Assembly: GCA_902520595.1 (NCBI GenBank)
Contig: CABYOM010000002.1
Span: 434-64,433 of the forward strand
Length of the DNA: 64,000 nt
Direction of reading: 5' to 3'
Source: an uncultured Candidatus Poseidoniales archaeon
GTDB lineage: Archaea; Thermoplasmatota; Poseidoniia; Poseidoniales; Poseidoniaceae
The notes below the pieces were generated by a model. That model worked only from the letters and a program-made list of their open reading frames with translations, was not told the origin of the DNA and made no database searches. The position numbers and the translations under genes were made by a program. The first letter of the stretch is position 1. Each line of letters begins with the position of its first letter. Shown here piece by piece: positions 27,882-36,880 of this stretch.

Positions 27882-28964
27882 ATGCGCGATGGGAGGTTTT
27901 GTTCTCTAAAAAGAGACGATAACGCTCTAACGGCAGTGATTGAATTCCTTTCAGCATTTACTTTATTCCTCATGATTCTCACTGCGTTTTTGTCGCTTGC
28001 TCAACTGCAAATGGGTTCCAATGACCCGAATGTCGACCGGATTGACCGTTCTGCAGTTCAGGGGCTCGATCGTTTGACTTCTGATGGGGGATGGTTTGTC
28101 CCGATGGGTTCTGAAGGACTTGATTATGCAAATTCGACCTCAGAATGGCATCTTCACGATGCTGTCGAACTTGATGATGGAAGGGTTCAAACTGGCTTGG
28201 TAAAAGATGGAATTCTTGACCACCAACGGATTGCTGCTTTGCATAATGTTTCCGAAGAAAACATGGCCTTAGGTCTTGGGCTTGATGAGGGATACACCCT
28301 GTTCTTGTCCATTGAAGTCATCGAATCGCAGAATACCTCACGGATAGGTGTCGAACTCTTTTCTGGCGGCACAGAGCGCTCTACAGCACCAGCATCTTCA
28401 AACGCTCATAGACAATTTTCCCAAGAGGGTGAAATTCTTCAAGTAATTTTTGAAGTCCACAAAGGTGGAAAGAAAAACAACGACCTACATTTGACAGAGA
28501 TTATGGTTCGTCCGAGTTCCTCAGGACCCGAATGGATTGAAATCTATAATCCGAATGACTTCGCTCTTTCATTGCGCGGATGGTCGCTCAACCACTCCTC
28601 TTCTTCAAGTGCAAATAATCTCCTTTTGAAAGAGGGAGTAATCTCTGGCCATTCGACGATCCTCTTATCAGGGGACTCACTCTCTCAAGACACAGGCAAT
28701 GCTTCACAAGTCATCGACTTATCTCAAGAGTCTTTCCTTGGTGTTGGTTCTATCAATCTTCTTGCGGATGGCAGAGGCACCCTTTCTTTGCGTTATACGC
28801 AAGTTTACGAAGCACAGCCGTATGATGTAATGGTCGTCGAATGGGGTGGTGATACTGGTTTATTCATGTCCTTGGGTCAATCGCTGAGTGCGACTCGTAC
28901 TCTTGATGGTGTTGGAGCGAATTGGGACGTGAATGCAAACCCCACACCAGGCGATTATCTTTGA
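27882..28964 (+). CDS. Pilin-like N-terminus fused to a lamin-tail domain
   Basis: KRDDNA|LTAVIEFLSAFTLFLMIL resembles a class III signal peptide; LTEIMVRP...EWIEIYNPND...LRGWSL and a terminal PTPG fit LTD. Confidence 0.7.
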   Translation: MRDGRFCSLKRDDNALTAVIEFLSAFTLFLMILTAFLSLAQLQMGSNDPNVDRIDRSAVQGLDRLTSDGGWFVPMGSEGLDYANSTSEWHLHDAVELDDGRVQTGLVKDGILDHQRIAALHNVSEENMALGLGLDEGYTLFLSIEVIESQNTSRIGVELFSGGTERSTAPASSNAHRQFSQEGEILQVIFEVHKGGKKNNDLHLTEIMVRPSSSGPEWIEIYNPNDFALSLRGWSLNHSSSSSANNLLLKEGVISGHSTILLSGDSLSQDTGNASQVIDLSQESFLGVGSINLLADGRGTLSLRYTQVYEAQPYDVMVVEWGGDTGLFMSLGQSLSATRTLDGVGANWDVNANPTPGDYL

Positions 28965-29040
28965 AGACCTCTTCAATAAATCCGACCTCCATTTAGCGGA
29001 TGCTTCATGAACCACTGGCCACTGGTCTGTACAGATTCCC

Positions 29041-29829
29041 ATGCAGTCGACTTCAGTTTACACCCGTGACCGCTGTATAACCGGCATTCATGGATTGGAT
29101 GAAATCCTTCGTGGAGGCATACCTCATGGTTCCACCGTGCTCGCTGCAGGAACCTGTGGATCTGGTAAGACAACCCTCGCCATGGAGTTTCTCGTTCGTG
29201 GAGCATTGGCAAAATTACCCGAATCATGCGCACACTTTACCGCTACCGAGCCTTCCATCAAATTACTTGAAAACATCCGTCAGTATGCTTTTTTCGATAT
29301 GAAAATGGTTGATTCTGGTAAAATCAACGTGTTTGACATGGACGTTTTGTATTCATGGCTCGGTTTAGACAAAGCATCTTTTGACCTTGATGATGTTCAC
29401 GCATTGATTAAAGCGATTATCAATATCGTTCATGAAATTGGAGCAACTCGCTTAGTGATTGACTCGGTCACGACCCTATGTTACAAGATTAAGTCTGAAC
29501 AATTAATCCGTGATTTCCTCTTCACGCTAGGAAAGAAATTGGCTTCGCTAGGATGTACAACCATCTTGATTTCGGAAATCACGTCAGCTACAGAGAATGC
29601 ACACTGGTCTTCCTTCGGTGTTGAAGAAGCAATTGCTGATGGCATTATTGTAATGGGGGATGTAGAGCGAATGGGCCACTTGTTGCGATTCCTCCAAGTG
29701 GTCAAGATGCGAGGAACTGCTCACAGCCGAGCCAAGCACGCCATTGAACTGACGCCATTAGGAGTCATGCTCACGCCAATGCTCAAGTGGGGCGCTCAGC
29801 ATGATAAAACCAACAAAGTAGGTGCTTGA
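29041..29829 (+). CDS. KaiC/RAD55-like single-domain ATPase
   Basis: TGIHGLDEILRGGIP, Walker A GTCGSGKT, Walker B LVIDS, GVEEAIADGII, VVKMRGTAH. Confidence 0.9.
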   Translation: MQSTSVYTRDRCITGIHGLDEILRGGIPHGSTVLAAGTCGSGKTTLAMEFLVRGALAKLPESCAHFTATEPSIKLLENIRQYAFFDMKMVDSGKINVFDMDVLYSWLGLDKASFDLDDVHALIKAIINIVHEIGATRLVIDSVTTLCYKIKSEQLIRDFLFTLGKKLASLGCTTILISEITSATENAHWSSFGVEEAIADGIIVMGDVERMGHLLRFLQVVKMRGTAHSRAKHAIELTPLGVMLTPMLKWGAQHDKTNKVGA

Positions 29830-30436
29830 CATGTATTCAAACCTCACTCTTGATGACCGAATTGCTGAACAATTGGCAATCGATGTCAGCCTCAGCAGTG
29901 CGATTCAGGTTCGCTTTGGCAATTCGAATGCCTTCAATGTCACTGCCAGTACCTTGGTTCCTCTAATGAGGGACCATGAGATGGGTGGCGTTTACATCTG
30001 TGCAAGTGTAGGTGCTGCAGAACGGATTGAGGAATTCAAATCCATCGGACTTTCAGACGAATATATTTCTCGAATTCAGTTTATTGATTTGGTTTCTTCA
30101 GGTATTCTCGGCGGAACCGACGTAGAATATTCGAATATTCATTTCGTCGATAGCCCAATTATGCTTGAATCGGTACTTCTTCGCACCTTGTATATCCTAC
30201 GCATGACAACGTCCGTTCGTAATTTCGTATTCTTGGACAGCGTTAATGCATTGGCTATCTATAACGATGAGCGAATGCTTGCTGAATATCTTCACACGTT
30301 CATCAATACATTCCGTCAAAGAGAAGTTCTATCGGTCATTCTCAATGTTCCAGATCAGACTCCACCGTTGGTTCTTGCGAATCTTGACTTGTATTGCACG
30401 GACTTGATTGATAGAGGTCAAGTTTTGATTAATTGA
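29822..30436 (+). CDS. Degenerate KaiC/RecA-fold protein without Walker A
   Basis: Retains IQFID and VFLDSVNALAIYN (Walker-B-like); overlaps and sits between two KaiC-like genes. Confidence 0.65.
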   Translation: MLDMYSNLTLDDRIAEQLAIDVSLSSAIQVRFGNSNAFNVTASTLVPLMRDHEMGGVYICASVGAAERIEEFKSIGLSDEYISRIQFIDLVSSGILGGTDVEYSNIHFVDSPIMLESVLLRTLYILRMTTSVRNFVFLDSVNALAIYNDERMLAEYLHTFINTFRQREVLSVILNVPDQTPPLVLANLDLYCTDLIDRGQVLIN

Positions 30437-30446
30437 GGTGTTCTAA

Positions 30447-31250
30447 ATGGCTCGTAAAATTGAATTTGACCCTGAAGATGAAGAGTTCTTCGGGAAAGTA
30501 GGCTCTTTCGGCGTTCCGAAATTCGATAATGAAATGCATGGAGGCGTTCCTCGTGGGTTCATGATGGTGGCTTTTACCGACACGGGTTCAGGAAGCGAAT
30601 TATTTGCCAAGCAATTCACTTCACCTGCCGAAGAGGCTGAAAACACATTATACATTTCTACGAATGAAGGCCAGCAAGAAATTATTCGCATTTTTCAGAA
30701 ATACAGTTGGCCTCTTGATATTAGCGTTCGAACGATTGGAGAAGAATACAACTCGACTGTGCTTGAACGAGAACTTCTCGCTAGCCGTTATCGACTCGAA
30801 GGTTTCCGCCTAGACGACATCCGTCGCCTCGCTCAAACTCGATTTGTAGACGATAATACTCAAGATTATTTGACAGAAGTCACCAACGAAGTAATGGCAC
30901 TCGGGCCTTACTTTAGAGCAGTCATCGACAGTCTGGATTTTTTCTTGCAACGTGAAGACCCTTCCCGTGTCGTCGCCATGGTTCGTATGCTCCAAGCACA
31001 TGCACAACTCAATCGAGGTCTTTTGCTTGTTTCAGTTTCTACCAACGGTCTTGACCCTATTGTTAAGCAAGAATTAGCATCTATTGCAGACATGGTTCTT
31101 TCATTCCAGGTCCGAACTATAGGTACTGATTTTGAAACTTCTATGATCGTTTCGAAATTCCGTAACGCTCCTGAAAATTTGAAAATCCTCGTCTTCCGAG
31201 TTACTCCTGAAGAAGGAATCACACCAGAAACCGTCGAACGTATCGCTTGA
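30447..31250 (+). CDS. KaiC/RAD55-like protein with a degenerate Walker A
   Basis: GGVPRG, DTGSGSELFAKQF (Lys missing), AVIDSL, ADMVL, VSKFRN. Confidence 0.82.
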   Translation: MARKIEFDPEDEEFFGKVGSFGVPKFDNEMHGGVPRGFMMVAFTDTGSGSELFAKQFTSPAEEAENTLYISTNEGQQEIIRIFQKYSWPLDISVRTIGEEYNSTVLERELLASRYRLEGFRLDDIRRLAQTRFVDDNTQDYLTEVTNEVMALGPYFRAVIDSLDFFLQREDPSRVVAMVRMLQAHAQLNRGLLLVSVSTNGLDPIVKQELASIADMVLSFQVRTIGTDFETSMIVSKFRNAPENLKILVFRVTPEEGITPETVERIA

Positions 31251-31337
31251 TACGCTTGTTGCGAGTGCGAGGATGCGCCTAATATAGCGATGAAATTTTG
31301 GCGACATATCCAAAGAGGTCGGGTGTGACGAAGCCTC

Positions 31338-32087
31338 ATGGGCGACCGAGCAGCAACTGGCGGTTACGACCCTTCAGGTATCGATATCGATGCGTGGGAG
31401 AAACTGGAGTTGCAACTTGAAGAAACGATTCCGAACTACGACCGCGTAAATCGTTTGATGACTTTTGGCCAGGATAAGCGTTGGCGACGAAACGTTCGAA
31501 ACCACGCTACTCCTGGAATGAAAGTTCTTGAAGTTGGCTGCGGTCCTGGTTCATTTGCCGAAGACCTTGTGGGATTGGACGTCACCTGCCTTGATCCTTC
31601 CTCAGAGATGTTGAAGGTAGCGAAAAAGCGAGTTGATGCTGCGCGAGCCAGTCGTGGTGAGCAACCAGCACATTACATCGAGGCCATTGCCGAATCAATA
31701 CCCTGTGAAGAGAATACTTTTGACATGGTTTTCTGTCTTTTTTCATTCCGTGATTTTCAAGATAAGAGAAAAGGATTGACCGAGATTCTGCGCGTTCTAA
31801 AACCCGGTGGCCGACTGGTAATTTGTGATGCAGGAAAAGCGAATTGGTTTCACGGTCTTGGTGGGCGAATTTGGATGGCAACGGCCGTTCAATGGATTGC
31901 ACGCTACGTCACCAAAGAGAAGAACCACCCGTGGAAAGGCCTTGCCAATACGTATACTCAGTATGGGACAAATGGGTATTATCGAAAGATGATGAAAGAA
32001 GTCGGATTTGATGATGTTCAAGGGCGACTTTTGATGCCTTTTATGATGTCAAGTCGGTTCAGAGGCACCAAGCCAAAAAAGAAGTAA
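31338..32087 (+). CDS. Class I SAM-dependent methyltransferase (UbiE/MenG-like)
   Basis: YDRVNRLMTFGQDKRWR, VLEVGCGPG, EILRVLKPGG. Confidence 0.85.
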   Translation: MGDRAATGGYDPSGIDIDAWEKLELQLEETIPNYDRVNRLMTFGQDKRWRRNVRNHATPGMKVLEVGCGPGSFAEDLVGLDVTCLDPSSEMLKVAKKRVDAARASRGEQPAHYIEAIAESIPCEENTFDMVFCLFSFRDFQDKRKGLTEILRVLKPGGRLVICDAGKANWFHGLGGRIWMATAVQWIARYVTKEKNHPWKGLANTYTQYGTNGYYRKMMKEVGFDDVQGRLLMPFMMSSRFRGTKPKKK

Positions 32088-32181
32088 AATCAATGCATTG
32101 CGCTTAATCAGCCCATTCTTTTGCCCCATTAGCCTCATAAACCTCTTGCCAGTGCGAAGAATATTGGTGATTTACTTGGGT

Positions 32182-32493
32182 ATGAAAGATGTCCTCCGAA
32201 AAATCAAAGAAGCCGAGCAGTCTGCTGAAAAGCGACTTTCCTCTGCTCAAACAGAATCCGGAAAAATTACTGCAGATGCTCGAAAAGAGGCTGCAGCACT
32301 TGTAAGCGGCGCTACAGAAGAATCAGTTGCTGAGACACAAGCTACGCTTGATGCCGCACGCACAAAAGCCGGTAAAGAGGCGGACGCTGTTCTCAAAGAA
32401 GGTGCTTCTGAGATCGAATCAATAGAATCATCTGCATCCAGTCGAAAAGAAAAGGCAGTCAAGAATTTACTTGACGCAGTATCATCACAGTGA
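32182..32493 (+). CDS. atpH: A/V-type ATP synthase subunit H (peripheral stalk)
   Basis: MKDVLRKIKEAEQSAE; Ala/Glu/Lys-rich coiled coil; first gene of the atp operon. Confidence 0.85.
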   Translation: MKDVLRKIKEAEQSAEKRLSSAQTESGKITADARKEAAALVSGATEESVAETQATLDAARTKAGKEADAVLKEGASEIESIESSASSRKEKAVKNLLDAVSSQ

Positions 32494-32503
32494 GGTGTTT
32501 TCC

Positions 32504-34849
32504 ATGTTTGCTACTTCTGAGATGTCCCGTCTTACAGTAGCAGGCTCTGTCGAAAAAATGGAAGAAGTTCTTCGACTATGCACCGAACTTTCCTGCGTCC
32601 ACATTCAAGAATACGGACGATTTGAAGACGGAATTAACGTCGGCAAATCAATGGATTCTGATGAGGCAAATGCAATCAGTAACTTGCTTGTTAAAGTTCA
32701 AGCAGTTTCTTCTTCGGTTCTAGCAGTCAACACTGATGGTGCTATGTCGCACGCCGAAGTTTCAAAACTCGTTGAAGGATTTGAAGAAAAAATAACCACT
32801 GCTCTGTCCTACATCGATACTATCCGTGATGCAGAGTCAACAATTTCCTCCTCCCAAGAACAACATCATGTCCTCAGCCGACTCGCACCTCTCGACCTCC
32901 CTCTTGAACTGATGAGCGGATACGGTGGTGTCGAAGTATTCGTTGGAGAAACTCGAAGAGCCTCGAAAGCAAACGAAGTCTTCTCTGAAATCCGCTCGGA
33001 AATCGAACTTCACGCTGCTGGAGGTCTAATTGCAGTTGCATGCCGCCCTGAGCACTCTGCTGAAGTTCAAATCGGCATGGCAGAACTTGGCTCAAAGCCT
33101 GTTCAAATCCCTGCTGGAGAAGGCTCACCCGCTGAAAAAGCAGAAGCACTGTCTCAAGAAATTACTCGCTTGGAATCAAAGATTGCCGAAACCCAGGATG
33201 ATCTTGACGCCTGGGCAGTTGAACACGGCCGAAATTTAGTTGCAGTCGAGGAATATCTCGTTCGCGAGGCAGCAATTTTTACTGCTCCAACATTAATGGC
33301 AGTGAGTAACCAGGCATTCGCATTGGATGGTTGGGTTCCTACCGACCAAGCAGATGCGGTCCAATCTCGATTGTCAAAGGTCGCCTCTCACGTTAGCATC
33401 GAAGCCTACGAAGGTGGACATCACCATCATGAAGAGCATGCAGACGATGGTCATTCTGACCCTGAAGAACTGGTTATGCTTTCCAACTATCTTCATAAAT
33501 CGAATCAATCGATTTTCCAGTTTTTCAAAGCAATCGATTTGGATGATTCAGGCCTCATTGACTGTTACGAATTCCAAAAGGCACTCAAGAACGCAGACAT
33601 TGCCAATCTCCCTCCATGGGAAATGGGTAAACTCGTTTCCGCAGTCGATCTCGACGGCGATGGTAAGATCAACCTTCCCGAACTTGACATTTCGCTTACT
33701 CGAATTCGTAATGCTCCTTCACACGACGATCATCCCGAGCCAGAGCCTCCGATTCAATACACGAACGGGTCTACCTCTGAACCGTTTGAACTGATGGTTG
33801 ACTTGGTTGGCCGTCCAAAATACGGAACTTTCGATCCGACCATGCTCATGATGATGACATTCCCATTCATCTACGGCATGATTTTGGGAGACTGGGGCTA
33901 CGGTATCGTCCTCTTGCTTTTGGCAGGATGGCTTGGTAGCAAAGCCTTCGCTGTTGACCCGATGGCCCAAAAAGGACTTACTATCCTGCGATGGATGGGC
34001 GTTTGGTGTATCATCTGGGGTATTGTTTTCGCTGAAGGATTTGGCTTTGTATGGGATAATACCGGTCAAATGGGTACTGATTCACCGTTCAACGGTTTTT
34101 ATGAATGGACATATGCAAACGTCCATGTCCCTGAAGTTCTGGCTGACTTACTGAATCTTGGAGGCCTTCACATGCCTTTCCACCGAGCATCTGCTGGACA
34201 CGGACTACAGGAATATGTTGTTCTCTCTGTTTACCTCGGAGCCATCCACATCTTCTTGGGCTACATTCTCGGCTTGGTCAATGTATTCAGAGCACATGGC
34301 GCAGCAGCAGCATACTTCGAAAAAGGCTCTTGGATTCTCATTCTCATAGGTGGATTTATGCAGTGCAGAAACATGGTCTCAGGCTACAATGATTTGTTTG
34401 AATTCCAAATTTGGACGGTCCTGCTTATCGTTGGTATAATCAGTCTCATAATCGGATTGGCCATCTTTGAAAAGTTTGGCTGGGCTGGAGGTCTCATCAT
34501 GGGTCCAATCGAAACTTTCGGACTGCTTGCGAACACTCTCTCCTACCTACGTATCATGGCCGTTGGCGTTGCCGGTGTCAAGATTGCAGAAGTATCCATC
34601 ACTATGGGCTTCGAGCCAATGATGGACGCTTTCACCAGCGGAGAAGCCACAGGTATTCTTGTTGGCTTGCTCTGCTTGGTTCTGTTCCTCTTCATCCAAG
34701 TCTTCGCAATCGCTTTGGGAATCCTTTCCCCTACAATTCACGCAGCCCGTCTCCACTTTGTGGAATGGATGGGCAAATTCTACGACGGGTCTGGCAGTGC
34801 ATTTGCACCGCTTGGTGGCCGTAATCTCCATGTGGAGAGTAAATCATAG
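32504..34849 (+). CDS. atpI: A/V-type ATP synthase subunit I (a) carrying an in-frame EF-hand-pair insertion
   Basis: GWVP, PKYGTFDPT, GMILGDWGYG, NTLSYLRIMAVG (essential Arg), HAARLHFVEWMGKFYDG; insert at about 33410-33750. Confidence 0.95.
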   Translation: MFATSEMSRLTVAGSVEKMEEVLRLCTELSCVHIQEYGRFEDGINVGKSMDSDEANAISNLLVKVQAVSSSVLAVNTDGAMSHAEVSKLVEGFEEKITTALSYIDTIRDAESTISSSQEQHHVLSRLAPLDLPLELMSGYGGVEVFVGETRRASKANEVFSEIRSEIELHAAGGLIAVACRPEHSAEVQIGMAELGSKPVQIPAGEGSPAEKAEALSQEITRLESKIAETQDDLDAWAVEHGRNLVAVEEYLVREAAIFTAPTLMAVSNQAFALDGWVPTDQADAVQSRLSKVASHVSIEAYEGGHHHHEEHADDGHSDPEELVMLSNYLHKSNQSIFQFFKAIDLDDSGLIDCYEFQKALKNADIANLPPWEMGKLVSAVDLDGDGKINLPELDISLTRIRNAPSHDDHPEPEPPIQYTNGSTSEPFELMVDLVGRPKYGTFDPTMLMMMTFPFIYGMILGDWGYGIVLLLLAGWLGSKAFAVDPMAQKGLTILRWMGVWCIIWGIVFAEGFGFVWDNTGQMGTDSPFNGFYEWTYANVHVPEVLADLLNLGGLHMPFHRASAGHGLQEYVVLSVYLGAIHIFLGYILGLVNVFRAHGAAAAYFEKGSWILILIGGFMQCRNMVSGYNDLFEFQIWTVLLIVGIISLIIGLAIFEKFGWAGGLIMGPIETFGLLANTLSYLRIMAVGVAGVKIAEVSITMGFEPMMDAFTSGEATGILVGLLCLVLFLFIQVFAIALGILSPTIHAARLHFVEWMGKFYDGSGSAFAPLGGRNLHVESKS

Positions 34850-34879
34850 TCCAACGGACAAAAAACGGAGGTAGTAAAT

Positions 34880-35191
34880 ATGAACGTAAATACCCTAAAA
34901 ATGAGCCTAAGAACACTGATCCTATTGGCAGCCATTACCATGGTTGCTCAAGGGGTCGCAGCAGCCGAAGCAGACGAACTATCGCAATCAGATGGTTCCG
35001 GATATGCAGCAATCGGTGCTGGAATTGCCCTGGGACTTGCAGCAATTGGTGCAGGTCTTTCTCAAGCAGCCATTGGCAGCGCAGCTGTCGGTATGCTTGC
35101 TGAAGACGGAAGCAAATTCGGTGTTGCACTCATTTTCACTGCGTTGCCAGAATCAATTGTGATTCTCGGTGCTTTGCCACTTTTCCTCTGA
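34880..35191 (+). CDS. atpK: A/V-type ATP synthase subunit K (c, proteolipid), single hairpin with a leader peptide
   Basis: GAGIALGLAAIGAGLSQ...FTALPESIVILG with the conserved Glu. Confidence 0.93.
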   Translation: MNVNTLKMSLRTLILLAAITMVAQGVAAAEADELSQSDGSGYAAIGAGIALGLAAIGAGLSQAAIGSAAVGMLAEDGSKFGVALIFTALPESIVILGALPLFL

Positions 35192-35207
35192 GGAAGAAGG
35201 CAAGAAC

Positions 35208-35223
35208 TCTGGGGCGACCCAGA
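35208..35223 (+). promoter_or_regulatory. GNRA-tetraloop hairpin in the atpK-atpE intergenic region
   Basis: TCTGGG-GCGA-CCCAGA, perfect 6-bp stem. Confidence 0.5.
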
Positions 35224-35255
35224 ACGTGAAAAAAATAAACACATGAGGAATATAT

Positions 35256-35819
35256 ATGACGCTTGAAACACTCGCAAAAGATATCGCAAAATCCGCTGAG
35301 GCAGAGGCCTCTGCAATGCTCAAATCCGCCAAGGAAGATGCAAAGGCAATTCTTGCTGATGCAAAATCAAAGGCAGATGGCATTCGCTCGGAAGCATCGG
35401 CTCGCACTGAACGAGAGGCAAATCAAATTGCCCGTGAAGTTGTGGCCAGTGCTCGCCAAGCGAACCAAAAAGAAATTCTCGTTGCTCGACGAAAGGTTCT
35501 CGATGAGACCCTTGAATCTGCGAGCAGTGAACTTGGTAGCCCGAAACTGTCAGGAAGAGCAAGTCTGCTCAAGTCCCTGATGGCGAAAGCTGACAAGATT
35601 GGTGGCAATGATTACTCGATTCGACCAGTCGAACTTGACCGAAAAGCACTTTCTGAATTAGCCGGAAAGCGCAAGGTTGGTGAAGCAATAGACGGCCTTG
35701 GTGGTTTTGTTCTTGAATCACCAGATGGTTCAGTTTCTTACGACATGCGCTTTGACACACTGCTTGAAAGTTCTTGGAATGCACAACTCGCTGAAATTAA
35801 TTCAATACTTTTTGACTGA
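35256..35819 (+). CDS. atpE: A/V-type ATP synthase subunit E
   Basis: MTLETLAKDI coiled coil; GGFVLESPDGSVSYDMRFDTLL. Confidence 0.9.
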   Translation: MTLETLAKDIAKSAEAEASAMLKSAKEDAKAILADAKSKADGIRSEASARTEREANQIAREVVASARQANQKEILVARRKVLDETLESASSELGSPKLSGRASLLKSLMAKADKIGGNDYSIRPVELDRKALSELAGKRKVGEAIDGLGGFVLESPDGSVSYDMRFDTLLESSWNAQLAEINSILFD

Positions 35820-35825
35820 GGGATA

Positions 35826-36869
35826 ATGATGGTAATGCTTGGAAACACACCTTACGTTGCTGCCCGTGCCAAAGCACGTCGGCAGAAACTTGCGGACCGT
35901 GCTAGGCTACGCCAACTGATTAACCAATCACCTGAACAACTGACCGTTGCGGTCGGTGAAATTGGGTACCGCTCAGAGATTGACATCTATGCGGGCCAGT
36001 TAACCGGTGGAGATTTGGTCGAAGCAGCATTAACCCACAACTTGGAACACGAACTCGAGAACATGCTCTCAATGTGCAACGGAAAAATCCGTAAAATCGT
36101 TGAAACATACACTTCTCGATTCGAGTATTACAATGCTAAAGTGGTTCTACGGGCTGTTGTCAATGAAGTCGACCTCGAGAAGGTATCTCATTCGATTCTT
36201 CCTGAACTGAATGATATCAATACCCCTTGGTTGAAGATCATCGAAAGTGCTGACGATTTGCGCTCTGCTGTCGTTCAGATGCGTCGCAAGTCGTTCGGCC
36301 CTGCTCTTGTTGCAGTTTCCGAAGACGCTCGCCTTTCTGATTATGAAGACGCTCTTGATGTCCATTATTTCAAGAGCGCTTTGGATTCACTGAAAGGTAA
36401 GGGAGCAGATATTCGTTTCCTGAAAGATCTTCTCGGTGCTGAAATTGACCATCGTAACCTCTTGAACATTCTCGAGGCTGAAGCGGTGGGTATTTCTTTT
36501 GATGAAATTGTATCTATGCTTGTCCCTGGCGGACGTATCCTACCTGCTCGTGCTTTCTCTTCGATTGCTGCAGGTGGCAAAGATGCCGCTATGGACCTCT
36601 TGCGTGGCTCAAGCCGTTTTGATTTCCCTGCGTTTGAAGGTGCACTTTCCGCATCAAAAGAGATGAACAGCCTTGACCCTGTTGTGACATGGTTCAAGGA
36701 ACGAGAACATGCTATTATGAAGCGAATGAGCTTCCTCCATCCAGTATCAGCACTACCGGTTGTTCACTATGTGGCCATGAAGGTCCAAGAAGTGAACGAT
36801 CTCCGCTTTATCGTTCGTGGGCGGCTTGCTGGATTGTCTGTTGAAGTGCTTGAAGCGCATATTTTGTGA
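35826..36869 (+). CDS. atpC: A/V-type ATP synthase subunit C
   Basis: YVAARAKAR, EIDHRNL, EVNDLRFIVRG; operon position. Confidence 0.9.
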   Translation: MMVMLGNTPYVAARAKARRQKLADRARLRQLINQSPEQLTVAVGEIGYRSEIDIYAGQLTGGDLVEAALTHNLEHELENMLSMCNGKIRKIVETYTSRFEYYNAKVVLRAVVNEVDLEKVSHSILPELNDINTPWLKIIESADDLRSAVVQMRRKSFGPALVAVSEDARLSDYEDALDVHYFKSALDSLKGKGADIRFLKDLLGAEIDHRNLLNILEAEAVGISFDEIVSMLVPGGRILPARAFSSIAAGGKDAAMDLLRGSSRFDFPAFEGALSASKEMNSLDPVVTWFKEREHAIMKRMSFLHPVSALPVVHYVAMKVQEVNDLRFIVRGRLAGLSVEVLEAHIL

Positions 36870-36880
36870 GGTGAAGAAGT

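Noticed and set aside
29041-31250. Circadian clock (kaiABC) or RadA/RadB recombinase
   Set aside because: Single-domain proteins, no kaiA/kaiB, no ST phosphosites and no RadA N-terminal domain.
24714-31250. Genomic island integrated at tRNA-Ser
   Set aside because: No integrase, att duplication or obvious compositional shift seen by eye.
33410-33760. AtpI insert as an intein, intron or dockerin
   Set aside because: No Cys/Ser...His-Asn splice termini, the frame is open, and each loop has an entering and exiting helix with E12, fitting true EF-hands.
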